Virus record (IMG/VR): IMGVR_UViG_3300044946_000220
Location: 1-64,000 of that record
DNA length: 64,000 bases
Reading direction: 5' to 3' (one strand)
From: a virus
A program made the translations under genes and the position numbers. Of the stretch, positions 19,518 to 28,240 are shown piece by piece. The notes under the pieces are model-generated. The model had not been told where the DNA came from, ran no database searches, and saw only the letters and a list, made by a program, of their open reading frames with translations. How positions within the stretch are numbered: position 1 is the first letter of the stretch; the number at the start of each line of letters is the position of its first letter.

Positions 19518-20705
19518 ATGTCAGAGGAGAGTGCTGTACGCGTTGTCCGTCTCGGCGCCATTGAGAAGCACCCCAATGCGGACACGCTGAGCATCACGCA
19601 AGTTGACGGCGGGTATCCGGTCATCTGCAAGACCGGCGACTTCCGCACCGGAGACTTGGCAGTTTACGTGCCAGTGGACAGCTTGGTGCCGACTGAGCGA
19701 CAAGAGTTCTCCTTTCTGCTGAAAGAAGCCAAAGCAGACGGAAAAGCGCGTATCAAGGCTAAGCGCCTGCGAGGTGTCTTCTCTATGGGCATGCTGGTTC
19801 CCATGCCGGCGATTGCTCCGGAGTCCAACGCATATGCTTGGCGCGAAGGTGCGGACGTATCCGTGGCGCTGGGCGTCACGAAGTACATTCCGCGTGGCGA
19901 GGACGATGGGCCCAGCAACGCAACGCGTAAGCCGCGCCGCAGCGAGACGTACGAGTACGAGTTGCGCGCGTGGCTGTTCGCTGGTGCGGCCGTGTGCTTC
20001 CTGTTTGCGATATGGCCGCCGCTTGGCCTGCTGTTCCCGATACCGCTGCTGGTGGCGCGATACCTCATCCGCGCCGAACGCCTTCTGAACAAGAAGCCGA
20101 AGGTACCGTTCTACGACATAGAGGGTCTACGCAAGTACAAGACAGAATTCGTTGACGGGGAACCGGTAGACATCACCGAGAAGCTCCATGGATGCTGCTC
20201 CACATTCGTGCACACCGGCAAGCGTTTCTTCGTCCGCTCGCGTCAAGTGTGGCGAGACAAGGGTGACAGCTCCGATGACTTCTGGAAGATGGCGCGCAAG
20301 CACGATCTAGAGCGCAAGCTTGCCGCCTATCCAGGCTACGCCCTCTTTGGCGAAATCTACGGCTCCGTCCAGGACTTGAAGTACGGCGTTCCTCCAGAGG
20401 AAGGCATTCGCTTCGCTGCCTTCGACATGCTGAACACGAAGACGGGGACATATTGGACTCCGCCGCAGTTGCGCGTGTGGTGCGCCACCAACGACGTTCC
20501 CGTGGTGCCTGTGTTGTATGAGGGCCCGTGGCGCGAGGGCCTGGCGAAGCTGGCCGAAGGAAAAACCACCATGCCCGGCGCCGATCACGTTCGCGAGGGG
20601 ATCGTAATCAAGCCGCAGACGGAGCGTCTTAGCGCACGACTTTGCGGCAGGCTTGTGTTGAAGATCGCAGGCGAAGGCTATCTAACCAGAAAAGAGGCCA
20701 CATGA
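19518..20705 (+). CDS. RNA ligase, DRB0094/Rnl2-like family
   Basis: N-terminal IEKHPNADTL..GDLAVYVPVDS..RLRGVFSMG; motifs EKLHG, FGEIYG, FAAFD, REGIVI, LKI. Confidence 0.9.
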   Translation: MSEESAVRVVRLGAIEKHPNADTLSITQVDGGYPVICKTGDFRTGDLAVYVPVDSLVPTERQEFSFLLKEAKADGKARIKAKRLRGVFSMGMLVPMPAIAPESNAYAWREGADVSVALGVTKYIPRGEDDGPSNATRKPRRSETYEYELRAWLFAGAAVCFLFAIWPPLGLLFPIPLLVARYLIRAERLLNKKPKVPFYDIEGLRKYKTEFVDGEPVDITEKLHGCCSTFVHTGKRFFVRSRQVWRDKGDSSDDFWKMARKHDLERKLAAYPGYALFGEIYGSVQDLKYGVPPEEGIRFAAFDMLNTKTGTYWTPPQLRVWCATNDVPVVPVLYEGPWREGLAKLAEGKTTMPGADHVREGIVIKPQTERLSARLCGRLVLKIAGEGYLTRKEAT

Positions 20706-20829
20706 TTCGCGCCATGAAGTACGCCTCCCTGGCGCTTGCCAACGCCTCGAAGCGGCTTCTGCACGCCGTTGTTTTGCTGGAGCACGCGCTTTCTACTTTC
20801 GTTCTCTGCGACAACCTAACGGAGGAGGA

Positions 20830-21240
20830 ATGAGCCAAAAAGACGTCCACCTGGACGCGCTGTGGAGTCACTGTGAGAAGCTGGAGCCGGACGCTGTGCG
20901 CGTACTGTCCCGTATCGCCGAAAGACTCGTGCACGGGCAGCGCAAGTACGGCCCCATTCGCATTGCCGGCGACACTCGTAGCTGGGCCGAAGAGGGTCTC
21001 CAGGAGAGCCTTGATTTGGCCGCGTACGTAAGTATCGGGTTACTCAAGATTGCTGACGCCGAAAAGGCGCAAGAGGAGAAGTCATGCGAACAGTTGAAAA
21101 ATCACGCATTGCTTGCAAGAAACTTGTCTCTCTGGCCGGAGGAGACCCTTTACGCCACTACGACTCCTCGCTCAGCGACGAGGACGCCCTTCGTAACGAC
21201 ATCTTCAGCGAACTTGAAGGAGAGTACGGCGAGCGTGTAG
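20830..21240 (+). CDS. Putative all-alpha NTP pyrophosphohydrolase-like protein
   Basis: ERLVHGQRKYG...WAEEGLQESLDLAAY; 3' end uncertain. Confidence 0.5.
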   Translation: MSQKDVHLDALWSHCEKLEPDAVRVLSRIAERLVHGQRKYGPIRIAGDTRSWAEEGLQESLDLAAYVSIGLLKIADAEKAQEEKSCEQLKNHALLARNLSLWPEETLYATTTPRSATRTPFVTTSSANLKESTASV

Positions 21241-21282
21241 AGCGGCTTTCAGTGCGCGATCTCCAGACGGACGTCGACTACC

Positions 21283-21564
21283 TTGGCTGAAAGGCCACCG
21301 ATTCGCAACCTGATCAACGCGCTCCACGACCGCGGCCTGCTTGACATTGCGAAGGCCATTTGCAGCCAGCACCACGTCACCATTGACGAGATGCTCAGCA
21401 CAAACAGGGCGCAACAGTTCGTCAAGGCTCGGCGCGCCATCATCTCCCTTCTGGTAAACGACAAGGGCATGAGCCATCCGTTCGTTGGAAGGCTCCTGGG
21501 CCTTGACCAGTCTACCGTACAATACTCGGCCAAGGTGTCGCGGGTCAATCGACCTTCTGAGTAG
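21283..21564 (+). CDS. DnaA C-terminal-type HTH protein
   Basis: HVTIDEMLSTNRAQQFVKARR...GMSHPFVGRLLGLDQSTVQY. Confidence 0.8.
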   Translation: MAERPPIRNLINALHDRGLLDIAKAICSQHHVTIDEMLSTNRAQQFVKARRAIISLLVNDKGMSHPFVGRLLGLDQSTVQYSAKVSRVNRPSE

Positions 21565-21575
21565 GAGGGGCGGAC

Positions 21576-22007
21576 ATGCCGTGGCTGGGCTTGCACGAAG
21601 GCGTCCTGGAGATATTCGCTGAGCACGCGGAGAGGGCCCACTGCAACGAGTGGGAAGCGTGGGCACGACACGAAAACAGGGCGCGCAAGGCGATTGAAAG
21701 CGAGACGCTTGGCCTTGACGTTGCCTTCGCGGGCCTGAAAGAGCAGTACCTTGCGCCGCACGCCATTCGAGGCTTGAGCGTGCAAGAGGTGCTGGATCGT
21801 AAACGAGAGTACGAGCAAGCCATCGCTGACAAGGAATCCGAAATTCGCCGACTCCGCGCGAAGAAGATTTCCACCAGCGCCCGGGCCAGTCGGAATCACT
21901 ACACGCGCACGGTGAGCGATCCCGTGCTTCATGAGAAACGCCTTGCAAGTAAACGCGAGTCGCGGTATGCGAGGCGGCACCACGGACAGTTGGAAATTGA
22001 GTCCTGA
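21576..22007 (+). CDS. Hypothetical protein
   Basis: 143-aa ORF with GGAGG RBS. Confidence 0.55.
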   Translation: MPWLGLHEGVLEIFAEHAERAHCNEWEAWARHENRARKAIESETLGLDVAFAGLKEQYLAPHAIRGLSVQEVLDRKREYEQAIADKESEIRRLRAKKISTSARASRNHYTRTVSDPVLHEKRLASKRESRYARRHHGQLEIES

Positions 22008-22017
22008 GGAGGATAAA

Positions 22018-23145
22018 TTGAAAATTCAAGTCAACCGAAACGCGCTCATTGCGGCACTGGCGACAGTGTCTGGCGTACCCGAAAAGAAGGCCATCACGCC
22101 TTCGCTTTCCTGTGTGCTTTTGCGCGCGGTGGAGGACGTGCTGTACATTGGCGCCACGGACTTGACGGTATGCGTTGAGTCTTCGTGCGCACTTCTTGAG
22201 AACGCGAAACCCGGCGAGTGGGCCATTCCCGCCAAGGAACTGATCGATCGCGTGAAGTCCATGCCGGACGGCCCGCTCACGCTGTCCTTTGACGACAAGA
22301 CAAGCCGCGTCACCCTCACTGCAAAGGGCTCGCCGCGCAAGCACACGCTCAGCTACCTGGACGGCCAGGACTTCCCGAAGCTCCAGCAGCGTGACTACGA
22401 CTGGACGGGCGCCTCCACCATCAACTCCGGCCAGCTGCGCAAGCTCATCACGTCTACGCAGCACGCCATGCTTGCGGACGCCTCACGCCCGTACCTGTCC
22501 AGCGCGCTGCTCCAGTGGGACGACACGGTGGTGCGCATGTACGCCACAAGCGGTCATGCCTTGGCCAAGTGCGAGCTAATTGGCGTGCCCACGCTGGTGG
22601 CTCGCGAGTGCTTCATCCCGGGCAAGGGCATTGCGGAGATCCGCCGTGCGCTGGAAGCCGTGGGAGAGACGGAGACCATTGTCGAGCTTTCCGGCACGAA
22701 CAACGACATTTACTTGCGAGCCAACGGTTGGACCATGGCGTGTCGTTTGACGCAAGCCACGCCGCCGCCGTACGAGAAGGTGATCCCGAAGCACGAGACT
22801 GAGGTTGTCATCCCGCGCCTGCAACTCATTGACGCGGCTAGAAGCGTGCGCTTGGCCGCCAGCGAGTCCTCCGGCGCGCTGCTGTTCCGACTGTCCGAAG
22901 GCAAGCTCAAGGTGGAGGCAGAGTCCAGCGATCATGGCGAAAGCGTGGACGAGCTGGACGTAGACTACACCGGCGAGCACATTAGCGTGGGATTCAACGC
23001 CGGCTTCCTGCTGGAATCGCTGTCTACGCTGGACACCGAAGAGGTGGTGATGAAGCTTGGCGGAGGGTTGGATCCGGTGGTTGTTGTGCCGAATGTGGGG
23101 AAACCAAATGTTACATTGATCATTATGCCGGTTCGGTTGGCGTGA
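22018..23145 (+). CDS. dnaN: DNA polymerase III beta sliding clamp
   Basis: TTG start after GAGGAGG; ATDL, DFP, ATSGHAL, PPYEKVIP, GFNAGFLLE, terminal IIMPVRL. Confidence 0.92.
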   Translation: MKIQVNRNALIAALATVSGVPEKKAITPSLSCVLLRAVEDVLYIGATDLTVCVESSCALLENAKPGEWAIPAKELIDRVKSMPDGPLTLSFDDKTSRVTLTAKGSPRKHTLSYLDGQDFPKLQQRDYDWTGASTINSGQLRKLITSTQHAMLADASRPYLSSALLQWDDTVVRMYATSGHALAKCELIGVPTLVARECFIPGKGIAEIRRALEAVGETETIVELSGTNNDIYLRANGWTMACRLTQATPPPYEKVIPKHETEVVIPRLQLIDAARSVRLAASESSGALLFRLSEGKLKVEAESSDHGESVDELDVDYTGEHISVGFNAGFLLESLSTLDTEEVVMKLGGGLDPVVVVPNVGKPNVTLIIMPVRLA

Positions 23146-23804
23146 GAGTTCTTGTCATTGGCGGAGGTAGCGGCATTGGTCTCGCTGTCGCCGCGCGCAT
23201 GCGGCACAGAGGACATGCCGTTTTCGTCGCGGGGCGCCGCGCCGCCAAGATGAGTGAAGCGGGTGCCAGGATCGGCGCCGGATATGTCGTCGGAGACGTT
23301 CTCAATGCTAGGCTTTTGATCCGTCACACCTGCAAATGCCTGGATGGGTTGGATGTTGTCATCAACTGCGCCGCCATTTTCAACGGTCAACCCGATGAAG
23401 TCTTGAGTACTAATGTGCAGGGCGCATACATGTCTGCGGTTGGCGCAATAGAGGCGGGCGCCTCTATTGTCATTCTGTTTAGCGGAGCAGGGGTTGGTGG
23501 CCCAAGTCCTGGTCTAAATGCCCCCATTGTGTACACTTCCGCCAAGGCTGCGGTGGTGCAGATGGCGGAGTGCTTTGCGAGAGAATACCCGAAGTTACGC
23601 ATCAACGCCGTGGCTCCTGGTCCTGTGTCCACGCAGCTGACCAACTGGAGTGGAGGCTCTCCGGACCGCGCAGTTGATCTTGTGGAGTGGCTTTGCAGCG
23701 ACGCCGCCTCCCATGTTTCCGGACGCCTTATAAGCGTGAGGGACGACTACAAAGCCGCGCGCATGTCTGACGATTTCGGTAGACTAAGGAGGGTTGACGC
23801 GTGA
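23142..23804 (+). CDS. Short-chain dehydrogenase/reductase
   Basis: GGGSGIG, VINCAA, YTSAK, NAVAPG. Confidence 0.9.
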   Translation: MRVLVIGGGSGIGLAVAARMRHRGHAVFVAGRRAAKMSEAGARIGAGYVVGDVLNARLLIRHTCKCLDGLDVVINCAAIFNGQPDEVLSTNVQGAYMSAVGAIEAGASIVILFSGAGVGGPSPGLNAPIVYTSAKAAVVQMAECFAREYPKLRINAVAPGPVSTQLTNWSGGSPDRAVDLVEWLCSDAASHVSGRLISVRDDYKAARMSDDFGRLRRVDA

Positions 23805-23823
23805 TCGTAAAGCTAGGCGTCAC

Positions 23824-24291
23824 ATGAGCCTCACCGGCGCAAGCCTAAACCGAGGCGCCTCACGCCAGGACTACGGCACCCCGCCAGATTTGCTGCGGGC
23901 TGTTGAGACGCGCTTCGGCCTGCTTACCGCGGACTTGGCGTGTACGCCGGACAATCAGGTGGCCACCACATTCGAGCACTTCTATCACGGATCTGATGAA
24001 ATACCGTGGCCTCGCGAAGGTCGGCTTTGGCTGAACCCTCCGTTCTCCAACATCGACACGTGGGCGGAGAAGTGCGCCGCGTGGCAGCCGCTGTATGGTG
24101 CCAAGCTTCTATTTCTGACTCCGGCTTCCGTTGGCTCCAACTGGTTTGCCAAACACGTGCATGGGCGCGCCATGGTGCTTGCGCTTTCACCGCGCATTAC
24201 CTTCGTTGGGTGCAAGGATCCGTATCCTAAGGACTGCATTCTTAGCGTGTTCGGCGAGTCACCCGGTTTCAATCTGTGGAGGTGGAAGTGA
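23824..24291 (+). CDS. Phage DNA N6-adenine methyltransferase (Dam-like)
   Basis: QDYGTP, DLAC, WLNPPF, RITF. Confidence 0.85.
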   Translation: MSLTGASLNRGASRQDYGTPPDLLRAVETRFGLLTADLACTPDNQVATTFEHFYHGSDEIPWPREGRLWLNPPFSNIDTWAEKCAAWQPLYGAKLLFLTPASVGSNWFAKHVHGRAMVLALSPRITFVGCKDPYPKDCILSVFGESPGFNLWRWK

Positions 24292-24481
24292 GCCTCGTCC
24301 TCGAAACGATCGTAAAGACGTACGTTGGCACTCATGCCAAGATCGCGCCCACGCTCAAGGTGCAATGCGCTAACTGCGCGCGCGTTTACCAGACTACGCA
24401 ATGGCCTCTCGTTGTGCGCCGGTTGACTCAGTGTGCCTCATGTCGGACCAACGGATTCAAACCTGGAAATTGGATGGGCAA

Positions 24482-25750
24482 ATGAAAATCGCAACCATCG
24501 GTTCTGGCCACCTCTGGCTCGTCTTCTCCGCTTGCTTGGCGGATCTCCTGCACGACGTGGTGGCGTACACACACGATCCGCATGTCTTCACGGATATTGT
24601 CTCGCACGGCGTCCTGCCTGTTGCGGAACGCGATCTGAGGGAGACGATTGACATCTCTCTCAAGGAGAACCTCATTTTCTCGCACGATCTGCCAGGGGCT
24701 GTCAGCGCGGCCGACATCACCTGGATCTGCTGGGACACCCCCACGGACGAGGAGGACAATGCGGACGTTGGCTTCGTGCTGCGGAACGCGGCGGCGTGCT
24801 TCCCATACCTGAAGGACGGCGCGCTTGTCGTTGTTTCTTCGCAGCTGCCCGTTGGCTCCGTTGCAAAGCTGGAGGCGGCGTACAGGGCTCTGGAGCGCAA
24901 GGAGCGCGTCACATTCGCCAGCGTGCCGGAGAACCTCCGCATGGGCACGGCGATTGAGAACTTCTGGAACGAGAAGTGGATCATTGGCGCGCGCCGCGTT
25001 GAGGACCATGAGCGCATTGCGGAGACCTTCACGAACGGCGGCTCGCACGAGTTTACCTTCGTCACGCCGGAAGAGGCTGAGCTTGTAAAATCGGGCCGAA
25101 ATTCTTGGTTGTATATGAACGTGGCTTTTGGCAATGAACTGGCCTCCATCTGCAGCGCCGTGGGGGCTGACGCGCGTAACGTCGCTGAGGGTATGCGCGA
25201 GGACAAGCGCATGTCTCGTGCGCCGATTTTGCCCGGCTCTCATGCGGACGGCGGCCACCTTTCGCGCGACGTCGGCTACCTCGGCAGTCTTGCCAACCAA
25301 TACGGCCTACCCGCCTACCTTCTCCGCGGCATGGACGCCAGCAACGAGCACCACAGCCTCTGGGTGTACCGCAAGCTGCACGACTGGTTCGACGGCTTGC
25401 GTGGGATTACGGTTGCGATTCTCGGCGTGGCATTCAAGGCTGGCACTGCGGACACGCGCCACTCGCCCGCGTTGAAACTGGAGCAGTGGGTTCTGTCTGA
25501 CGGAGGGACACCTCGTAAGTGGGATCCACTGGTGTCGGTTAGCAAGGAAGGTGTGCGTCACCTTCATCGTGACGCTACTGAGGCCTGCGAGAACGCCGAC
25601 GTTATCGTTGTTCTCCAGGACCCGGGACTAGAGACCAAAATCAAGATAGCGCGCAAGTTTCAAGACACGCCGGTTGTGGACCCAAACGGGTACTTCAAAG
25701 ACCACGGGCTCACCTGGCACCACTACGTCGGCCAACCTGAGGTAGCATGA
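24482..25750 (+). CDS. UDP-glucose/GDP-mannose dehydrogenase family protein (divergent)
   Basis: IATIGSGHL, WICWDTP, SSQLPVG, PENLRMG, AELVK..N, ILGVAFKAGTADTRHSP; usual catalytic GGSC replaced by GGHL. Confidence 0.85.
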   Translation: MKIATIGSGHLWLVFSACLADLLHDVVAYTHDPHVFTDIVSHGVLPVAERDLRETIDISLKENLIFSHDLPGAVSAADITWICWDTPTDEEDNADVGFVLRNAAACFPYLKDGALVVVSSQLPVGSVAKLEAAYRALERKERVTFASVPENLRMGTAIENFWNEKWIIGARRVEDHERIAETFTNGGSHEFTFVTPEEAELVKSGRNSWLYMNVAFGNELASICSAVGADARNVAEGMREDKRMSRAPILPGSHADGGHLSRDVGYLGSLANQYGLPAYLLRGMDASNEHHSLWVYRKLHDWFDGLRGITVAILGVAFKAGTADTRHSPALKLEQWVLSDGGTPRKWDPLVSVSKEGVRHLHRDATEACENADVIVVLQDPGLETKIKIARKFQDTPVVDPNGYFKDHGLTWHHYVGQPEVA

Positions 25751-26013
25751 ACGAGCCCCTCTTCCGCTGGTGCTTCCGCGCCAACAACAGTGCGGTTGTG
25801 ATTCACGCCGACTCATTCTTCCTGGCTCGTGAGTATGCCACGCGTGTGCTTGGGTGCGGGCTGGACGAGTTGTCGTTTAGTGAATCGCCCAACCGGGACG
25901 CCGACGTAGAGGTGCGCATGGAGGGCCATGACGCTGGGCGCGTGCCGCAAAGGCATCGGGAGGTGCGGACGCGGGGTGAGGACGGGGAGTGGACAGACTG
26001 GCGTAGCGAGTAG
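25747..26013 (+). CDS. Hypothetical protein
   Basis: 88-aa ORF coupled to the upstream gene. Confidence 0.55.
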   Translation: MNEPLFRWCFRANNSAVVIHADSFFLAREYATRVLGCGLDELSFSESPNRDADVEVRMEGHDAGRVPQRHREVRTRGEDGEWTDWRSE

Positions 26014-26015
26014 TC

Positions 26016-26381
26016 ATGCTGCCTGACGTGTGGAAGAAGCCGACGAAGGCCGAGGCACCGAGTGGATACGTCCTCCAACACCTAGACGGTGGAGACATTC
26101 CCGGCGAGCCTCCGTGCAGCACCATAGACGAGGCCCTGAGGCGCGCTGCGAGGCGTTCGCGGCTGGAGCCCACTGAGCCAGTCATGGTGCGAGACGCCGC
26201 GCCACCGAGGCGTATACGGGCGGTAGCGCAAGTCGGTCTGTCTTGGTGGGTGGCCACATGCAAGCCGTGCGGTGGAGGCGGCCAAGTGTCGTCGGCTGGG
26301 CTCTATGGCTCAAGTTGGCACGAGTGTGCACGATGCGGCGGCACGGGATGGGTCACTGATAGCGTGGCTGCGCGAGGTTGA
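26016..26381 (+). CDS. Hypothetical protein with DnaJ-type CxxCxGxG zinc finger
   Basis: CKPCGGGG...CARCGGTG. Confidence 0.6.
   Translation: MLPDVWKKPTKAEAPSGYVLQHLDGGDIPGEPPCSTIDEALRRAARRSRLEPTEPVMVRDAAPPRRIRAVAQVGLSWWVATCKPCGGGGQVSSAGLYGSSWHECARCGGTGWVTDSVAARG
26365..26381 (+). repeat. 17-bp direct repeat, left copy
   Basis: tggctgcgcgaggttga, identical to 28167-28183. Confidence 0.85.
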
Positions 26382-26382
26382 A

Positions 26383-26436
26383 ATGCTCACCATCGGCTCG
26401 CTATTCAGTGGTATCGGCGGAGGCGACCATGCCTAG
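26383..26436 (+). pseudogene. Orphan N-terminus of the cytosine MTase (motif I remnant)
   Basis: Translates [17 protein letters not shown]; the same peptide is re-encoded with different codons at 26851. Confidence 0.85.
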
Positions 26437-26857
26437 GGGTGCTCTCCCGAAGACGTACGACGCCTCTCTCGTCGAGAGTGTCCGCGGACTCTACGCGTCT
26501 GGGTACACCCAGGCCGAGATCGCGCACTCTCTGAGTATCACGCAGAAGGTAGTGTGGCGCCTGATGCGTCGACACGGCATCAATGCGCGCGTCGCCGCAA
26601 AGAGAGACCGACGAGGCGCAAAGAACTCTCTCTGGAAGGGTGACCTCGCGGGCTACGCAGCCATGCACCTGCGCGTGGCGTCGGTTCGCGGGACGCCATC
26701 GATTTGCGAGGACTGCGGGACGACCACAGCGAAGCGTTATGAGTGGGCCAACCTCACGGGCCACTACGAGGACGTGAACGACTACAGGCGCCTCTGCGTG
26801 TCCTGCCACAAGCGCTTCGACGGCATCGTCCGGAACCTGCGAGGTGCCGCGTGCTGA
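26429..26857 (+). CDS. HTH + HNH-type homing endonuclease
   Basis: [21 protein letters not shown]; NSLWKGD..GYAAMH; [23 protein letters not shown]. Confidence 0.85.
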   Translation: MPRGALPKTYDASLVESVRGLYASGYTQAEIAHSLSITQKVVWRLMRRHGINARVAAKRDRRGAKNSLWKGDLAGYAAMHLRVASVRGTPSICEDCGTTTAKRYEWANLTGHYEDVNDYRRLCVSCHKRFDGIVRNLRGAAC

Positions 26858-27501
26858 CGATCGGAAGTCTATTTTCCGGAATAGGCGGCCTCGACTTAGG
26901 CCTCCAATGGGCAGGCCTTGGCCCCGTTGCGTGGCAGTGCGAGATCGATCCGTTCTGTAGAGACGTACTTGCGAAGCACTGGCCTGACGCAGAAATAGTT
27001 GAGGACGTAAGGAGTATTTCTGTCATGTCTGGAAAGCTAAGGAAGCTAACGGAAGAGCAGGTTATGGCCTCTGTTCGACGGTACTCTGCCGGCGAAAGTC
27101 TTGGCAAGATCGGAGATTCGTACGGTGTGTCAAGACAGTCTATGTGGGACTTACTTCGCAGACGCATGACGCTCCGTCCGCAGGCTAGACACGGCGCTGA
27201 AAATCACTTCAGCCGTGGCGGTGGTGTTGCCGACGAAGAGGCGCACGATATGGTTGAAAGCGCCATTCGTTCTGGCAATCTGGTCCCTAAGTGTTCTTGC
27301 GAGAAGTGTGGTTCTTCGGGCACATTCAAGGATGGCCGTCGCTCTGTGCAGGCGCACCACGATGACTACAACAAGCCTCTGCTTGTGCGCTGGTTGTGCC
27401 AGCCATGCCACCACGATTGGCATAAGCACAACAGGGCCATTAGGAAGGAGGTGCCCGAGGAACTCCCCGCAGTCGATCTGATTTGCGGAGGGTTCCCGTA
27501 A
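26851..27501 (+). CDS. C5 cytosine MTase N-terminal part with in-frame HTH-HNH insertion
   Basis: [23 protein letters not shown], inserted domain ending [24 protein letters not shown], then VDLICGGFP*. Confidence 0.85.
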   Translation: MLTIGSLFSGIGGLDLGLQWAGLGPVAWQCEIDPFCRDVLAKHWPDAEIVEDVRSISVMSGKLRKLTEEQVMASVRRYSAGESLGKIGDSYGVSRQSMWDLLRRRMTLRPQARHGAENHFSRGGGVADEEAHDMVESAIRSGNLVPKCSCEKCGSSGTFKDGRRSVQAHHDDYNKPLLVRWLCQPCHHDWHKHNRAIRKEVPEELPAVDLICGGFP

Positions 27502-28109
27502 TGCGTGCCAAGATGTCTCCTCTGCAGGCAAGCGGGCAGGTCTTTCTGGATCTAGGTCCGGTCTATGGTATGAGTTTGAACGAATCGTTTCAGAATCAAG
27601 ACCACAGTTCGTCGTCGTTGAAAACGTTGCCAGTGGCAAACGACTCTGGTTGCCCACGGTGCGGCGATCTCTGCACATGCTTGGATACCGAACCCGCGCC
27701 CTGGGGATTGCCGCCAGAGACGTGGGAGCCCCACACATCCGTAAGCGAGTCTTCGTTATTGGCTACCCTTACGGCTACGGGGAACATGTTGTGTCCAAGC
27801 ATGCAGAAGCATCGTGGGTGCAGAAACTTCCTGCCGACGCTGACAGCGAGCACATTCGACAGCAACGTTGGTGGGGCGGCGGGGAGGGTGGGACCGAAGC
27901 GTTACAGCCTGTACGGGATGGCGAGAGTCGGGATGCTTCCCACGCTGACGAGGCGCGACGAGAAGGGTCCTGGCCCGACGCACACGAAGGCTGGCCAGGA
28001 CCTTCCGCAGAGCCTTGGCGGCCACCTGTCGGCGGATTGGTGCCGGTGGTTCATGGGCTTTCCGGTGGGTTGGCTGGACGTCAACGGCGCCAACGGATCC
28101 GAGCACTAG
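27501..28109 (+). CDS. Overlapping alternative-frame MTase beta-type subunit
   Basis: Three L(P/A)TLT repeats and terminal HLSADWCRWFMGFPVGW (motif IX-like), as in M.EcoHK31I-type two-chain enzymes; start uncertain. Confidence 0.7.
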   Translation: MRAKMSPLQASGQVFLDLGPVYGMSLNESFQNQDHSSSSLKTLPVANDSGCPRCGDLCTCLDTEPAPWGLPPETWEPHTSVSESSLLATLTATGNMLCPSMQKHRGCRNFLPTLTASTFDSNVGGAAGRVGPKRYSLYGMARVGMLPTLTRRDEKGPGPTHTKAGQDLPQSLGGHLSADWCRWFMGFPVGWLDVNGANGSEH

Positions 28110-28183
28110 GGAACGCGGTTGTGCCACAGTGTGCCGAGATAGTTGGCTAGGTGATACGGCAGATGTTGGCTGCGCGAGGTTGA
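27506..28183 (+). pseudogene. C5 cytosine MTase C-terminal part (+1 frame, no start codon of its own at the junction)
   Basis: CQDVSSAGKRAGLSGSRSGLW..VVVENV..GAPHIRKRVF..RIRALGNAVVPQCAEIVG, TAG at 28148-50, then VIRQMLAARG*. Confidence 0.8.
28167..28183 (+). repeat. 17-bp direct repeat, right copy
   Basis: tggctgcgcgaggttga. Confidence 0.85.
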
Positions 28184-28240
28184 GGCTAGCCAGCTGGACG
28201 GTGGCGCGGTATGGGAGCGGGTTGAGAGGAGAGTCGGTCG

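Noticed and set aside
21205-22464. 419-aa minus-strand ORF and similar long antisense ORFs (24428-25300, 30509-31369, 35704-36642)
   Set aside because: Shadow frames of GC-rich genes recognised on the opposite strand.
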